Below, piece after piece: positions 19,829 through 32,687 of a stretch of DNA of 64,000 bases. A program made the translations under genes and the position numbers. Position 1 is the first letter of the stretch. Every line of letters begins with the position of its first letter. The DNA is from Saprospiraceae bacterium. GTDB taxonomy: Bacteria > Bacteroidota > Bacteroidia > Chitinophagales > Saprospiraceae. The notes beneath the pieces are model-generated. The model did no database searches, was not told the DNA's origin, and saw nothing but the letters and a program-made list of their open reading frames with translations. Location of the stretch: positions 776,017 through 840,016 of the forward strand of contig JADJGA010000003.1 in the NCBI GenBank assembly GCA_016708265.1, written 5' to 3'.

Positions 19829-22800
19829 ATGAAACCAAATAAAAGCCTGATCATTTTATTATCGATACTGATCCTCGACTGCAGTTTTTTCTATAGCCAG
19901 CTTTCAGGAGCAGAACTTGGAAAAAGCAAGGGTGGTTATATGGCATCTGTTTCCTATGGTCACGCAAGACAATTCAGTGATGTACCTTCTTCAGGAGGAG
20001 GTTGGGGAACAAATCTTGCCATGGGTAAAAATCTTTATTTTGAAAGAGATGCAATGTTCAGTTTCGACCTGATTGGCAATTTATTTTACAATAAAACCAA
20101 AGGACTTGAAACCGATGAAATCACAAAACCTTTTGTAAATGAAGTATTAAAAAAGTCTGATTACAATACTTTTTTTATGAACCACAAGACTTCCATGCTA
20201 GGGCTTGGTATAGATGGCAAACTGACTTTCAATAAATTCAGGGAAGATAAGAACTGGTATGGAGCGTTGCTTCTTGGTGGAAACTGGGGGATTTATACAG
20301 CAAAGATGGATATGGAAGATGCTTGGGAAAATCTTATGCTACTGAATTTGACAAGATAAAAAACCTGAAAGAAAACGAAAAAGAAAAAAGACTTAAGCAA
20401 ATCCTTGATGGAAATTATGAGTCCAAAGCTGAAGATTTTGGTGCTATTCCATTAAAATCAAGCTTGATGCCTTCAGTTGGACTTGAATTAGGGTATGATA
20501 TTACCGATTATGTTACAGTTTTTGTAGCTAATAAATTATATCTTGGAGCTTCAAACAAGATCGATGGTGAAGTACACATTGATGACAATAAAGACAAACT
20601 GAATTATTTAAACCTGGGATTGAATGTCTATTTTGGAAAAAAATCCGCAACTCTGCCACGGATCAGGGACTATGAAAGTGTGCCTTCAAAAAATCCTGAT
20701 ACCGGCTACAAAATCCCTAAAGAAGTACAAACTCATAACCTTCCGGAGGTTAAGATAATATTTCCTGAAGAAAGATCATTTACCAGCAATACAAAACAGA
20801 TAAATGTCAGAGCTAAGATCGTCAACATAAGTTCAGCCCTTGATGTGTATTGCAAAGTAAATGAAGACAAGGTGAATTTTGACTTCAGCACAAATTTCGT
20901 AACATTTACTGCAAACCTGAAAAATGGGGAAAACAAAATTCAGGTTTACGGAAAAATGACCAGGGTCAAAGCAGAGATGTCATTACTGTATTTTACAATG
21001 GCCTCGAGGTAGACAAACCTGTAATTAAAATGGCCGACCCGGCAACTCCTAAATTTAAAGCACCAGAAGATGTATTTACAATAAAAGCTACAGTCGATAA
21101 TATAAAATCAAAGGAAGACATTAAGATTCTTGCCAATGGAACTCCAATGAAAAGCTTCAACTACAGCACTTCAACTAAGGAATTCAAAATCAAGGTAAGA
21201 TTAGCTGAGGGGCTTAACAATTTCGAACTGATAGCAACTAATGAATCAGGCTCATCTTCTTCTGTATTCGATATTTATTTCAATACAGAAATACCTGATG
21301 CCGAAACCGGAGGATTGCCGGTAATTGATATTATTAATCCAAGTTCCACTGAGTCAAATTCCTTTGAAAAAGACATTATTGATTTTAAAGCTAAAGTGAC
21401 CGGCATCAAAGATAGAAATGCTATTTTACTGACTGTAAATGGTATTGAAAATACAAAATTCAGTTATGACGTAGAAAGTGGAATGATTACAGATAAAATA
21501 AGCCTGATACCTGGAGAAACAACTATCAATGTTACTGCTGTAAATGTATTTGGCGAATCTTCAAATGAGATTTCAGTTCTTTTCAATAAAAAAACGGAGA
21601 CCACAAAAAAGAATATAACTTTTTTAGAGATCAGCAACCCGGATTTTGACTGCAATATTAACATCACGGTGAAAATTAATGAAGCAACAAGTAAAAAAGA
21701 TGTATCACTGTTTTTGAATCAATTTGAAGTAAAGAACTTTTCATTTAATCCATCCACTCAGATTTTAAAAAGCTCCCTATATCTCGATGAAGGTGATAAC
21801 ACAATAAAGGTTACTTTCAATAATAACGGAAATTCTGAATCAGAGATATATTCAGTAAAATGTCTGCCTGATGGGAACCAGGACGATAATACAGGTAATG
21901 ATGAAAAACCTGACACTATTGGTTCAACTGCAGCACCTTTGATAGATGTAATTTTTCCAGTCAATTTTGCAAAGATCGAAAGTAAAAATATAACTCTGCA
22001 GGCTAAGATTGAAAACATAAGGTCCAAGGATGATATCAGAATAACGCTCAATGAAGACCCTGTTTATGATTTCACCTATTCAGAATCTATGCTGGAATTG
22101 CGGGCTGAAATGGAGCTTGTTGATGGCCAGAATAAGATAATTATCAACGCAGTCAATCCTTACGGAAATTTTGAAAAAACTCTGATGATCACATTTGAGG
22201 AACCACTTGCAGGCCCTCCTGCGGTATTAATAAATTCACCAAGAAACGGATTTAAAACCGAAGAAAACACAGTGGTTTTCAGGGCTACCATTCAAAATGT
22301 AAAAAAGATTGAAGATATGATCGTAAAATTCAATGGATCTGTTATCAGCGATCTAAACTATGATGCAGAAAAAGGGATAATCTTCGGCTATCTGCCGGTA
22401 ACACTTGGTGAAAACAAAATTTTTGTTGAAGCAACTAACCGTTTAGGTACTGATTCTGACGAAGTGATTTTCAATAACCGTAAAGAATATTTGCCTGCCG
22501 TGAAGATAAAATCACCGAAGAACGGAGTAATTATGGGTGTTGCTTATGCTCCTGTTGAAGCAATCGTGCAAAATGTCAAAAAAGCTGCTTCTGCAGTAAT
22601 ATATGTAAATGGCCTGGTACACAGATCTATTAAACTTGAGAATGAAAAACTTGAGTCAAATGTTCCACTGAAAAAGGGAGAGAATCTGATCATAGTCAAA
22701 GTAATTAATGATTTTGGAAGTGCATCAGATTCAATTAAGGTTAGTTTCTCGGGCAAGCCGGAAATACCTCAGATCACATTTATAAATCCTCTTAAAACCG

Positions 22801-23036
22801 GGACTATTGTTAAAAATAAAGAGCTTAAATTTGAAGCTAAAGTCACTGGTATTAAACACTCATCAAATATCGAATTATACCTGAATGATACTTTGATCAG
22901 TGATGTTTACTACTTCAAAACAGAAAATAAAATTACAACTGACCTGAAGCTTTTAAAAGGCCTTAATATTATAAAAGTTATTGCAACCAATGATACTGGA
23001 ATTGATCAGCAAAGTGTGAAGATATACCTGGAATAA
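19829..23036 (+). pseudogene. Outer-membrane beta-barrel protein with ~8 tandem Ig-like (Big/PEGA-like) domains. One gene in three frames (19829..20359, 20323..21012, 21030..23036) with two frameshifts at A-runs (~20330 and ~20952-20956)
   Basis: The three ORFs are contiguous and the repeat unit (…KAKVTGIK…NG…FSYD…) continues across the frame breaks; the alternative frame across 20950-21030 reads ...GKNDQGQSRDVITVFYNGLEVDKPVIK MADPATP. N-terminal part has OM beta-barrel character ending GLNVYFGKK. Confidence 0.6.
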
Positions 23037-23221
23037 TTATATTTCAGAAAAAAAATGTTTGGAATTTTAATATTTTTTTGTTTTAATAACAGATTTATTA
23101 TACTTTAGCATTTTAGAATATCAGTATTTATAAAGACTTGACAATAATAGCGGTTTATTATTTTATTGTTTTAATTGAATATTGGAACTGAACAACAACA
23201 ACAACATTTTAAACTTAAAAG

Positions 23222-23719
23222 ATGAGATCTTTTGGCAATTTTATCATATTATTCATGATCTTCTTCAGAATAATTGACACTGTTTCAGCTCAGAATGTAA
23301 ATAGTGCATTTGACCCTAAAGTGTTCTTTATGGGTGAAAATGATCAGGATTATTCGAATGCTATTGCCCCTTATGGTGAAAGTTTGCTGTCTGTAAGCAA
23401 TGACTCCATGGAAATAGCTTATTTGAATTGGATGTATCTGTTAAAAGATATTGAAGACTTCTCAAAAAAAAACAATTTCGATCTTAATGGTCTTAAAATC
23501 TGGATCAATGTTTTCTGGAACAAGAACGGAAGAATCGATATAATATCTTTTTATCCAAAACCAAACTGCAAAAATATTGAATTTGAAAAACTAAGTTTAT
23601 TTTTTATTGATTTTATAAAGCAATACAAACCAAGATTAAAATATAAATCCAGTTTTTCACATTATGGAAGTGCCCGTTTCCCTTCATTTGCTGACATGTA
23701 TATCAATCAGGAAAAATAA
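23222..23719 (+). CDS. Hypothetical secreted protein
   Basis: Signal peptide MRSFGNFIILFMIFFRIIDTVSAQ; no recognised motif. Confidence 0.4.
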   Translation: MRSFGNFIILFMIFFRIIDTVSAQNVNSAFDPKVFFMGENDQDYSNAIAPYGESLLSVSNDSMEIAYLNWMYLLKDIEDFSKKNNFDLNGLKIWINVFWNKNGRIDIISFYPKPNCKNIEFEKLSLFFIDFIKQYKPRLKYKSSFSHYGSARFPSFADMYINQEK

Positions 23720-23883
23720 AATTGATTAGAAAATTGCATTAAACATTATGATTATACCTAAAAATTTCAGTATTTGATATAAATATCTGATATTCTCAAT
23801 AAATACATTCGCTTAACTATTTGTAAATATAATAATAAGTCATACCTTTGCACGGTTTTTAAAAATTAGAAAAATATCACAAT

Positions 23884-26004
23884 ATGGCATTAATAGGAAC
23901 AATAAGAAAAAACTCATGGCTTTTAGTAGTATTGATCGCCCTTGGTATGGGTGGTTTTGTTTTGCAGGATATTTTAACAAGCAATTCAAGATACTCTGCC
24001 GGCAATACCAGGACTATGGGAAAAGTCAATGGTATAGTTATAGACGCTGTGGAATTCAGTGAGACAGAGGCAGTTCTGTATGGAAATTCAAATACCGACA
24101 ATATTTATTCAAACAAGGCAAACCTCTGGAATTATTTTAAAAATAAAGCTTTGGCAGAATCTATTGCAAAAGATCTTGGAGTAGGAGTTAGCAATGAAGA
24201 GCTGATGGATTTGCAATTCGGACAAAATTTAAGTCCTATAATGCAGGCAAGATATCAGGATAACCAGACTGGTATGATAGATCGAAAACAGCTGGAAGAA
24301 ATAAAAAAGCCATACTAGGTGATCAATTGAATCCTGAATATAAAAAATTCTGGGCAGTTCAGGAAAATGAGATTATACACGAAAGGATGCAGACAAAAAT
24401 GTCAAATATGGTTAGTAAAGCTATATACACTCCATCATGGTATGCCGAAGACCTTTATAATCTAAATAAAACAACAGCTAGTTTTAAGTATGTTAAGGTG
24501 CCATTTGAAAAAGTAAATGATACTGAAGTTGAAGTTAAAGATAGTGATATTGAAAAATATATTTCAAAAAACAAAAAATTATTCACTAATCTTGAAGAAA
24601 CCCGTGTTGTAAAATATTTAACAATTCCTGTCACACCATCTTCAATGGATGCAAATGCTATGAACGCTGAGATAGTTCAATTGAAGAGTGATTTTACATC
24701 GGCTGAAAACGACAGTCTTTTTGCAATTACACATAATGGAGTTTATTCCAATGTTTATTATAAAAAAGATGAATTGCCTCAACAGTTGAAAAGTGACAGC
24801 ATCTCTTTATCAAAAGGAAAAATAATAGGCCCTTATGCTGAAACAGACAATTTATCCATTGCAAAAGTACTTGATGTAAGAGTTGTACCGGATAGTGTCA
24901 AAGCAAGCCATATTCTCAGATCAGTTCAGGCAGGTAATGCTGATGCACTGACCAAAGCTAAAAAAACAATCGACAGTCTTAAAGTATTGCTGGAATCAGG
25001 TAGAGGAAATTTCGACTCTCTGGCAGCGAAATTCAGCCAGGATCCCGGAAGTGCAGTAAAAGGAGGAGACCTTGGAACTTTCGCACAAGGAAGAATGGTT
25101 CCCGAATTCAATGATATATGTTTTCTGAAAGGATCAAAAAGGAAGATATTATGCAGTAACAACTCAGTTTGGAGTTCATCTGATTTATATTAAAAATCAG
25201 ATTTTCCTGAATCAGACTCCAAAATACAAAGTTGCTTATGTCACAAGGGCAATTGAACCATCTCAGGAAACACAGGATTCTGTTTATATTAAAGCAAGTG
25301 AACTGATAACTTCAAACGAATCATTGGAAAGTCTTGAGAAACAGGCAAAGAAGTTGAATTTTGAGATTAAAACTTCACAGCCACTTAAAGAAAATGATTA
25401 TGCGTTTGCTGATCTGGGAGCAGGACCAACATCCAGAGATATTGTCAAGTGGTCATTTGATGATGGCACAGAAGAAGGAGATATTGCACCAACAGTTTAC
25501 TCTTTCAATAATAAAAAATATTTTTTCGTAGAGAAATATGTGATAGCAATTCTTGACAAAGTGATGCCAAAGGGACTCAAATCAGTAGAAGATGTTAAGA
25601 AAGATATTGAGATGGTAGTAAAAAATGAACTCAAAGGCAAGAAAATTGCTGAAAAAATTAAAAATACCGATCTTAATCAGGTAGCAAATCAATTCCAGGT
25701 AAAGGTTGATACTGCTAATCAGGTAGCTTTTGAAACTGTATTTATCAATAATCTTGGGAGTGAACCTAAAATTATGAGCTATGCATTCAATGGTGAAGTC
25801 AATAAAACATACGGTCCGGTTGTAGGCAATACCGGAGTTTTTGTGGTTATGCCTGTATTGATCTCGAAACCAATTGAAAAGCCAAATTTGCAAATCGAAA
25901 AGAAAACTCAGACTGATAAGTCCAGAGCTGAAATTGGTTACAGACTCCTTAATGAGATAGCAAAAAATGTTAAGATAGAAGATAACAGAAGAAAATTCTT
26001 CTGA
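23884..26004 (+). pseudogene. ppiD: PpiD/SurA-like periplasmic chaperone with parvulin-type PPIase domain. One gene in three ORFs with two frameshifts at A-runs (~24313 and ~25145)
   Basis: N-terminus MALIGTIRKNSWLLVVLIALGMGGFV is the PpiD-type membrane anchor; parvulin motifs SHIL...GGDLGTF...MVPEF and, in the shifted frame, YYAVTTQFGVHLIYIK. Confidence 0.75.
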
Positions 26005-26026
26005 TAAACTGAAAAAACTAGCTTAT

Positions 26027-26063
26027 AAAAAGCTGTCCAAACTTATTGGGCAGCTTTTTTTTT
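26027..26063 (+). terminator. Rho-independent terminator after the PpiD-like gene
   Basis: aaaagctgtccaaacttattgggcagc followed by T9. Confidence 0.55.
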
Positions 26064-26100
26064 ATTAAATGCTTTTTTGAAAATAATAATAACATCCAGA

Positions 26101-26185
26101 CCGGCACGGTAATGCCCTTGGCTTTTTAAATTTGTAACCGTGACGAAATACACTTATATTTTATGATGTTTTCCATATAGACAAG
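26101..26185. repeat. Diverged partial copy of the T9SS-associated intergenic repeat
   Basis: tttgtaaccgtgacgaaatacacttatattttatgatgttttccat parallels caaccgtgacgcactacgcttttccaaaatacaattttccat; lies 3' of paralog gene 26366..27892. Confidence 0.5.
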
Positions 26186-26200
26186 TGACGATGGAATCTA

Positions 26201-26350
26201 AATTGATAAATCAAAACTTTATATTTTATATTTGAGTTTTATATTTTGAGTTTTTCATTTTCCAAATCCTCATCCCTCGACCAAAATTTTTCAAAATGTT
26301 GGATGATAATTTTATATTTTACATTTTGAGTTTTAAATTTTTCATTCACT
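26201..26350. repeat. AT-rich tandem micro-repeats (TATTTTGAGTTTT-like units)
   Basis: tatattttatatttgagttttatattttgagtttttcatttt ... tatattttacattttgagttttaaatttttcatt. Confidence 0.6.
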
Positions 26351-26365
26351 CATTTAAGTATCCAC

Positions 26366-27892
26366 CTATTTTAGTTTTACCACTTTCGCACTATAAAAAA
26401 TCCTTTCCGTCGATTTATCAGGATAAAATTCAATAAAATAGCTCCCATTGGAATGATCGGAAATATCAATATCTACTTCAGGTATTATATTGCTTAGGTC
26501 TTTCTGAAGAACCAACTGTCCTTCTAAATTTAAAACCACCAGTTTGCCGGGACCCGTATCAGGTAGTCTAACATTGAATATGCCCGATGATGGATTTGGA
26601 AAAACCTTTAAATCCCTGCGATACCAAACAGCGTCACCGAACAATGATGTGATGGTCGGGTCGCATATCTCAGCTTCATCGATGCGGAAGTGAGGGAAGT
26701 TGGGTATGCAATTGTTGAAATTAACTTGTGGTAATTTCAACGAATGCTGACGGAAATCACAAGCTTTGCCTTTTTCATCTGGTTTGTTAATAACATGAAG
26801 ACAAGTATTTGTTCCTGATGACACAATATAGATCTTACAGTCTGGACCCAATTGTGCCTGACCAAATTTACTCCAAAAAAAAGAAGGATCAGGAAATGAG
26901 TCAATATGCGCTATATGCTCCAGAGAGCCAGGTAAATCGTCTGCCCACAGATCGACCTGAAAAAGATCAAAGTCATTTGACAGATACACAAATCTGGAAT
27001 TTGGGGATACTGCCACACCATAGAATATTCCGCTGTCCTGTGGCATCACTCTTATGAGATTGCTAAGCAAGCCAGTCTCCCTGTCAAAATCAAAAATCAT
27101 GCATTGATCTACTGCCCCATTTGTGATCCATTTTTTACCATCTGGAGTAAAAGCGGACTGACCTAATCTTGGAACAAATTTTGGAACTTCATCGATGCGT
27201 TGAGAATCAACACTAAAACCGGTTTTCTTTAACAATATTTTGAAATAAGTATTTGTTTCTTGTGTCATCTGTATAAGCCACCAATCCCTGCCATTAATAT
27301 GCTTACATGCCGACAAGTAACCTCCTACTAAATTTGAAGTTCTGAATATTGTCTTATCCTTTTTAATTACCTTTCCTCGACCATTGTTTTGGTTCATATC
27401 TATGTAGCTGAAATACAATTCAGGTATGCTAACATGTACATATGGCGTAGCTTCAAGCTCCTGTCTTTTATGAATAAGATAATATCCATTTTTACCATCT
27501 GAAATATTCCCCGGATCGGGTAGGACTATTGAATTTTGAGTACCAGGATACCATCCCCATGGTTTACAATACTTATCCCATGTTTTACCATAATTGATAC
27601 TGTCACCATTTTCCATAAGTTGAAAAGAGCTATCCATTACAAGGCATCCATTGGAACTGAACAATAAATTACCTCCCACATCACTGATCTGGGCATTATG
27701 GTTAGCAAAAGTATCATAAAAATCGGCTGTATCAATCTTGCCTTTATTGTTGAAATCTATGATAACACCTTTGACTACATTTTTTTTTACAATATTGCAA
27801 CCAAATAACCACTTATAATCATTTTTGCTTTGGGAAAATGTTACAAAACAAAAAAAAATAATAAATAAAAAAGATAAAACTAATTTGTACAT
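26366..27892 (-). CDS. Secreted protein with T9SS C-terminal sorting domain (paralog of 7726..9552)
   Basis: Shared motifs INGRDWWLIQ, IYI.SS, RQHSL, IPNFP; C-terminus VFPNPSSGIFNV...GSYFIEF...AKVVKLK. Confidence 0.7.
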   Translation of the reverse strand: MYKLVLSFLFIIFFCFVTFSQSKNDYKWLFGCNIVKKNVVKGVIIDFNNKGKIDTADFYDTFANHNAQISDVGGNLLFSSNGCLVMDSSFQLMENGDSINYGKTWDKYCKPWGWYPGTQNSIVLPDPGNISDGKNGYYLIHKRQELEATPYVHVSIPELYFSYIDMNQNNGRGKVIKKDKTIFRTSNLVGGYLSACKHINGRDWWLIQMTQETNTYFKILLKKTGFSVDSQRIDEVPKFVPRLGQSAFTPDGKKWITNGAVDQCMIFDFDRETGLLSNLIRVMPQDSGIFYGVAVSPNSRFVYLSNDFDLFQVDLWADDLPGSLEHIAHIDSFPDPSFFWSKFGQAQLGPDCKIYIVSSGTNTCLHVINKPDEKGKACDFRQHSLKLPQVNFNNCIPNFPHFRIDEAEICDPTITSLFGDAVWYRRDLKVFPNPSSGIFNVRLPDTGPGKLVVLNLEGQLVLQKDLSNIIPEVDIDISDHSNGSYFIEFYPDKSTERIFYSAKVVKLK

Positions 27893-28218
27893 GAATTTGA
27901 ATTTTATTACAAAACTAACTTATTTAAAAAAATGTCAGGACCGCTTAACGAAGGTAAGCAAATAACCTGACATTCAAAATGATTTTTATTGATACTAATA
28001 AATGATCTGTTCATAACTATTTCTGTATTTGACAAAATATATTATTCAAATCCATATTTTAAAACGACTTTAAATACGGAGTAAAGATTTCTTAATTCTT
28101 AATCTAGAGATTAATAATTAATATCTTTGCATCTAAAATAACTGATATTAAAGAATTATATCATAAATTGTTTTATATCAATATTTTAAATATAAGTATT
28201 TAACACAAGCATAATAAG

Positions 28219-29577
28219 ATGAAAATTGTAAAAAGAGTTGATGAAGCAATAAATCCATTGACAATTCCGCCAGGTACTATCGTATATACCGGTGGCAATG
28301 CAGCTACACCGCAGGTCCTGCTCCGGGAGTTGATCAATAATGAACAGATAAAGGATATTGAATTGTTGAGCATTCTATTGCTGGGAGATGTGAAGGAAAT
28401 TTTTTCAAAGGAACTATGCGAAAGGATTACTCACCGGGTAATATTTTCAGGGCCACACTCTCGCGAAGCTCTCAACGACGGATATGCAACCTATCAGTTG
28501 ATGCACCTTTCTGATGTTCCCCACCAGGTAAAAAACTATTTCAAACCGGATGTTGTCTTTCTGTCTGTTGCCGGTCCTGATAACGGAGGCAATTACAGTT
28601 ACGGGACTACTGTAGAGAGCATTCAGGCCGCTGTAGAAGCTGCCAAAGCCAAAGGCGGAATTGTGATTGTTGAGAGAAATGCCAAGATGCCCTTTGTTCT
28701 TGGAACAACAATACATCAATCAGACATAGATTATCTTATTGACACTGATTATCCATTGCCTTTATCACCTGCTGCCGAACCCGATGAAACAGCAAAAAGG
28801 ATTGGAAAACTCGTAGCAGAACTTTTCATTGAGGATGGCACAACATTGCAATATGGTATAGGAGAAGTTCCGGAAGCTGTGACTGAAGCTATTATTGCTA
28901 AAGGAGTAAAAGATATTGGAATATATACTGAACTTTTTGCTGATGCGATGAGAAAACTTGTGACAGCTGGTATAGTGACCAATAAATATCGTGAGGTTAA
29001 TTTTTCGACATCATCAATATTTTTATCTAATTCACAGGAAGGCTATGACTGGCTGAATTTTAACAGTTCTGTTCAAAGTCGTCCGTGTAATATTACAAAT
29101 GATGTACAAAATATAGCGAAACAACATAAAATGATTGCAATTAACAGTGCTATCGGTGTTGACTTACATGGAAATATCTGGGCTGATTCATTCAAAGGCA
29201 GAAGTGTTTATAGTGGCATCGGAGGGCAATCCGATTTTCTGAGAGGCTCTTATCAGGCAAAGCAGGGTTTCGGTATAATAGCGATGAAGTCTACAACCAG
29301 CAACGGCAAATCAAAAATTTCACTGATGTCTCCAGCTGGTATTACTACTACGGCTATTCCCGCTGATCCTGTTGTGATAGTTACTGAAAACGGTGCATTT
29401 AATCCTAAAGGCCTTAATATTTCAGAACATGCTGTTGGAATAGCTCATTTGGCTGATCCTCATACAAGGGATATGTTGCTGAGATATATTTTTGACAGCC
29501 CGGAATATTTCAAACCTAAGAATGCATATAAAGACGGCAGGCCAAAAGGATTTATACCTTATGAAGCAGTAATTTAA
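28219..29577 (+). CDS. Acetyl-CoA hydrolase/transferase family protein (CoA-transferase, e.g. succinyl/4-hydroxybutyrate CoA-transferase type)
   Basis: 452 aa; AcetylCoA_hydro N- and C-domain pattern (GSGIGGQSDF-like SGIGGQSDFLRG motif). Confidence 0.75.
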   Translation: MKIVKRVDEAINPLTIPPGTIVYTGGNAATPQVLLRELINNEQIKDIELLSILLLGDVKEIFSKELCERITHRVIFSGPHSREALNDGYATYQLMHLSDVPHQVKNYFKPDVVFLSVAGPDNGGNYSYGTTVESIQAAVEAAKAKGGIVIVERNAKMPFVLGTTIHQSDIDYLIDTDYPLPLSPAAEPDETAKRIGKLVAELFIEDGTTLQYGIGEVPEAVTEAIIAKGVKDIGIYTELFADAMRKLVTAGIVTNKYREVNFSTSSIFLSNSQEGYDWLNFNSSVQSRPCNITNDVQNIAKQHKMIAINSAIGVDLHGNIWADSFKGRSVYSGIGGQSDFLRGSYQAKQGFGIIAMKSTTSNGKSKISLMSPAGITTTAIPADPVVIVTENGAFNPKGLNISEHAVGIAHLADPHTRDMLLRYIFDSPEYFKPKNAYKDGRPKGFIPYEAVI

Positions 29578-29824
29578 AGCAAATTGTAATTATTTAGCTT
29601 GTACATATATCCATTTTTAACAATTGTAAAGTGAAAGCCGAAGCTGTTAAAAAAAAATGTTTTATTGAAGTAATATATAATTTTATTTTACAGTACTTTG
29701 CGTCTTAGCGCCTTTGCGTGAAATTGAAATGCTTCAAGTTCAAAAATTTAATTGGTAAAATTGAAAATTAAAAAAAAATTTTGGCTATGCCTACACAATT
29801 ACAGCAAATTGCAATAAATGGATG

Positions 29825-31165
29825 TCAATATCTGTAATTATCAGATTTGAATGGTCCATTGACAGGTACTGATATATATTTTGACTGTTCTTCCGTCAGA
29901 TCTTCAAGTTCTATGCCTAGTTTTTTAAGATGAAGTTTTGCCACTTTTTCGTCAAGATGCTTGGGTAATACATAGACTTTATTATCAAGATCTTTGTGGT
30001 TTTGGTATAATTCAATCTGAGCAAGTACCTGATTTGTAAAAGAATTGGACATTACAAATGAAGGATGACCGGTAGCACATCCCAGGTTTACCAGGCGGCC
30101 TTCAGCAAGAACGATAACCTCTTTTCCTTCAAGCCTGAATAAATCGACCTGAGGCTTGATATTCTTTTTGGAATATCCGTAGTTCTCATTCAGCCATTTC
30201 ATATTTATTTCATTATCAAAATGTCCTATATTTGCTATGACAGCTTTGTCCTTCAAAAGATGAAAATGTTCCTTGTCAACAATATTCAAATTGCCTGTTG
30301 CGGTAAGGATAATATCTGCCAAAGGAACTGCATTTACCATTTTCCTAACTTCAAAACCTTCCATAGCTGCCTGCAAGGCACAAATAGGATCTATTTCTGT
30401 TACTATCACTCGACAATTTGCATTTCTGAAAGCTGCAGCAGTACCTTTACCCACATCACCATATCCTGCCACTACCACTACTTTACCGGCAAGCATCAGG
30501 TCAGTTGCTCTTCTGATCGCGTCAACTGCAGATTCACGTGTACCATATTTATTGTCAAATTTAGATTTAGTTACACTATCATTGACATTTATAGCCGGAA
30601 TAGATAATGAACCTTCTTTTTCTCTTTCATACAATCTGTGAACACCTGTAGTTGTCTCTTCACTTATGCCAAAGATATCCTGAACCAGGCCGGGATATTT
30701 ATCTAAAACAAGATTGGTAAGGTCACCTCCATCATCGAGTATCAGATTTAGTTTATTTCCTTTTCCAAATGCATCCAGGGTCTGTTCGACACACCACCAG
30801 TATTCTTTTTCAGTTTCTCCTTTCCATGCATATACCGGAATCCCTCTTACAGCAATTGCTGCTGCTGCATGGTCCTGTGTGGAAAAAATATTGCAGGATG
30901 ACCATGCAACTTCAGCTCCAAGTTCAATTAGAGTTTCAATTAAAACAGCAGTTTGTATTGTCATATGCAGGCATCCGGCTATTCTTGCTCCTTTCAGCGG
31001 TTTTTCATTTCCATATTCCTCTCTCAGAGCCATCAGCCCCGGCATTTCAGCTTCTGCAAGATTTATTTCCATTCTCCCCCATTCTGCCAGTGATATATCT
31101 TTTACCTTGTAAGGCAATTTATTTACAGGCAGGTTTGCATTATATTTTTCTTTTGTTTCAAACAT
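29825..31165 (-). CDS. ahcY: Adenosylhomocysteinase
   Basis: Strong match across its length: [15 protein letters not shown]-binding GYGDVGKG, C-terminal ...KSDNYRY. Confidence 0.92.
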   Translation of the reverse strand: MFETKEKYNANLPVNKLPYKVKDISLAEWGRMEINLAEAEMPGLMALREEYGNEKPLKGARIAGCLHMTIQTAVLIETLIELGAEVAWSSCNIFSTQDHAAAAIAVRGIPVYAWKGETEKEYWWCVEQTLDAFGKGNKLNLILDDGGDLTNLVLDKYPGLVQDIFGISEETTTGVHRLYEREKEGSLSIPAINVNDSVTKSKFDNKYGTRESAVDAIRRATDLMLAGKVVVVAGYGDVGKGTAAAFRNANCRVIVTEIDPICALQAAMEGFEVRKMVNAVPLADIILTATGNLNIVDKEHFHLLKDKAVIANIGHFDNEINMKWLNENYGYSKKNIKPQVDLFRLEGKEVIVLAEGRLVNLGCATGHPSFVMSNSFTNQVLAQIELYQNHKDLDNKVYVLPKHLDEKVAKLHLKKLGIELEDLTEEQSKYISVPVNGPFKSDNYRY

Positions 31166-31202
31166 TTTTTAAAATTTTTGCAAATATATGATAATAAATA
31201 AC

Positions 31203-31240
31203 AAAAAAAAAGACAGGCACAAAATATACCTGTCCACTCT
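31203..31240 (-). terminator. Rho-independent terminator (read on the minus strand) between the flotillin gene and ahcY
   Basis: gacaggcacaaaatatacctgtc hairpin with an adjacent A9 run on the plus strand (T9 on the minus strand). Confidence 0.5.
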
Positions 31241-31331
31241 AAAACCTTATTATGAAAAATTAATTGTACTTACTCATTTGATGTTTTTTTTGCAGCCTTT
31301 TCAGATTTTTCTTCAGCCTTTTCAGTGTTCT

Positions 31332-32669
31332 TTACTTTTCACCAAGATATGAAGGTAATTCAAGACCAGCCATATTAAAAAGTTCAGTCATCGGTGGCAC
31401 TGCCTTGTACATATTTGCAAGGAAAGACGCGGTATTACCTCCTTTTTCGCTATTTCCTCCATTTTCCCAGACAACAACCTTATCAAATTTAATATTTTTT
31501 ATAGCTTCAACCTGGGTTTTAACAAGTTCCGGAAGTTTATCGGCAATCAGCATTAAAACTGCATCGCGGGTGTTATTATCAGTAGCTTTAATGATCTGAT
31601 CAAAACCTTCGGCTTGTTTTCTCAAAATTTCAAACAGACCTTTTGCTTCAGCCTCTTTCATCATGACTATTGCATCTGCCTCTCCTTTTGCCTCTCTTCT
31701 GAATTTTTCAGCAACTGCTTCTGCTTCAATTTCAACTTTTCTTTTTGCAATCTCAGATTCAACTATGACATCAGCTTCTTTTGTAGCTTTTTCCTTTTGA
31801 GCCCTGGCAATTTCTGCCAACTTTTCAGCAAGATAAGCATCTTCGAGTGCCTTAGCATGCTGGACTTTCTCTGCAGAAAAAGCAATTTTTGATGCTTCAG
31901 CTTCTTTTTCTTTTCTCAAAGCGTCAGATTGAGCAATTACAATTCCTGCACTATTTTCACCTTCAACTGCAAGAGCATTAGCTTCAGCAGTTTTGATTCT
32001 CTGATCTTTCATAGCATTTGCCTCTCCGATAGCTCCATCCCTGTTTTTTTCTGCAACTGTTTTTTTAGCTTCATTAATAGCATGTGCTGCTGCTTCCTTT
32101 CCCAATGCCTGGATGTAGCCGGAATCATCTTCAATATCCGTGATATTTACATTTATAAGAGTAAGTCCGATTTTCCTTAATTCATTCCCCACATTATTTG
32201 ATACATTGGCAAGAAATTTATCCCTGTCAGCATTTATCTCTTCAATATCCATCATTGCAACAACAAGTCTCAACTGACCGAATATAATATCCTTTGCTAT
32301 ATCCTTGATCTCCTGCGTAGTCTTACCCAGAAGTCTTTCCGCAGCATTGTTCATGACTCCCGGCTCATTTGAAATAGCAACCGTGAATCTTGACGGCACA
32401 TTAACTCTGATATTTTGCTTACTTAAAGCATTTTGCAGATCAACATCAATAGAAATGGGTGACAAATCCAGGTATTCATAATCCTGAATCACCGGCCACA
32501 CAAATGCGGCTCCTCCTGCTACACATTTACCTGATCCTTCACCTGTTTTACCATAGATAACAAGGATCCTGTCAGACGGACATCTCCTGTACCTTGAAAT
32601 AAAGAAGAATAAAAGAGCAATAGCAAGAACTGCTATGCCCAATCCTGTAAAAAGTACTGCTCCTTCCAT
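31332..32669 (-). CDS. Flotillin family (SPFH/Band-7) protein, YqiK-like
   Basis: N-terminal TM; SPFH domain; long Ala/Glu/Lys-rich coiled-coil (EA repeats); 445 aa. Confidence 0.85.
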   Translation of the reverse strand: MEGAVLFTGLGIAVLAIALLFFFISRYRRCPSDRILVIYGKTGEGSGKCVAGGAAFVWPVIQDYEYLDLSPISIDVDLQNALSKQNIRVNVPSRFTVAISNEPGVMNNAAERLLGKTTQEIKDIAKDIIFGQLRLVVAMMDIEEINADRDKFLANVSNNVGNELRKIGLTLINVNITDIEDDSGYIQALGKEAAAHAINEAKKTVAEKNRDGAIGEANAMKDQRIKTAEANALAVEGENSAGIVIAQSDALRKEKEAEASKIAFSAEKVQHAKALEDAYLAEKLAEIARAQKEKATKEADVIVESEIAKRKVEIEAEAVAEKFRREAKGEADAIVMMKEAEAKGLFEILRKQAEGFDQIIKATDNNTRDAVLMLIADKLPELVKTQVEAIKNIKFDKVVVWENGGNSEKGGNTASFLANMYKAVPPMTELFNMAGLELPSYLGEK

Positions 32670-32687
32670 AAATTTATTTGATTTAAG

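Noticed and set aside
30221-31191. Four plus-strand ORFs (122-140 aa) inside the ahcY locus
   Set aside because: Antisense to a strongly supported, highly conserved adenosylhomocysteinase gene; composition typical of antisense frames.
31166-31331. SAH riboswitch upstream of ahcY
   Set aside because: The region contains a simple terminator hairpin for the upstream operon and an AT-rich promoter region. It has no SAH-riboswitch-like pseudoknot consensus, and that class is essentially proteobacterial/actinobacterial.
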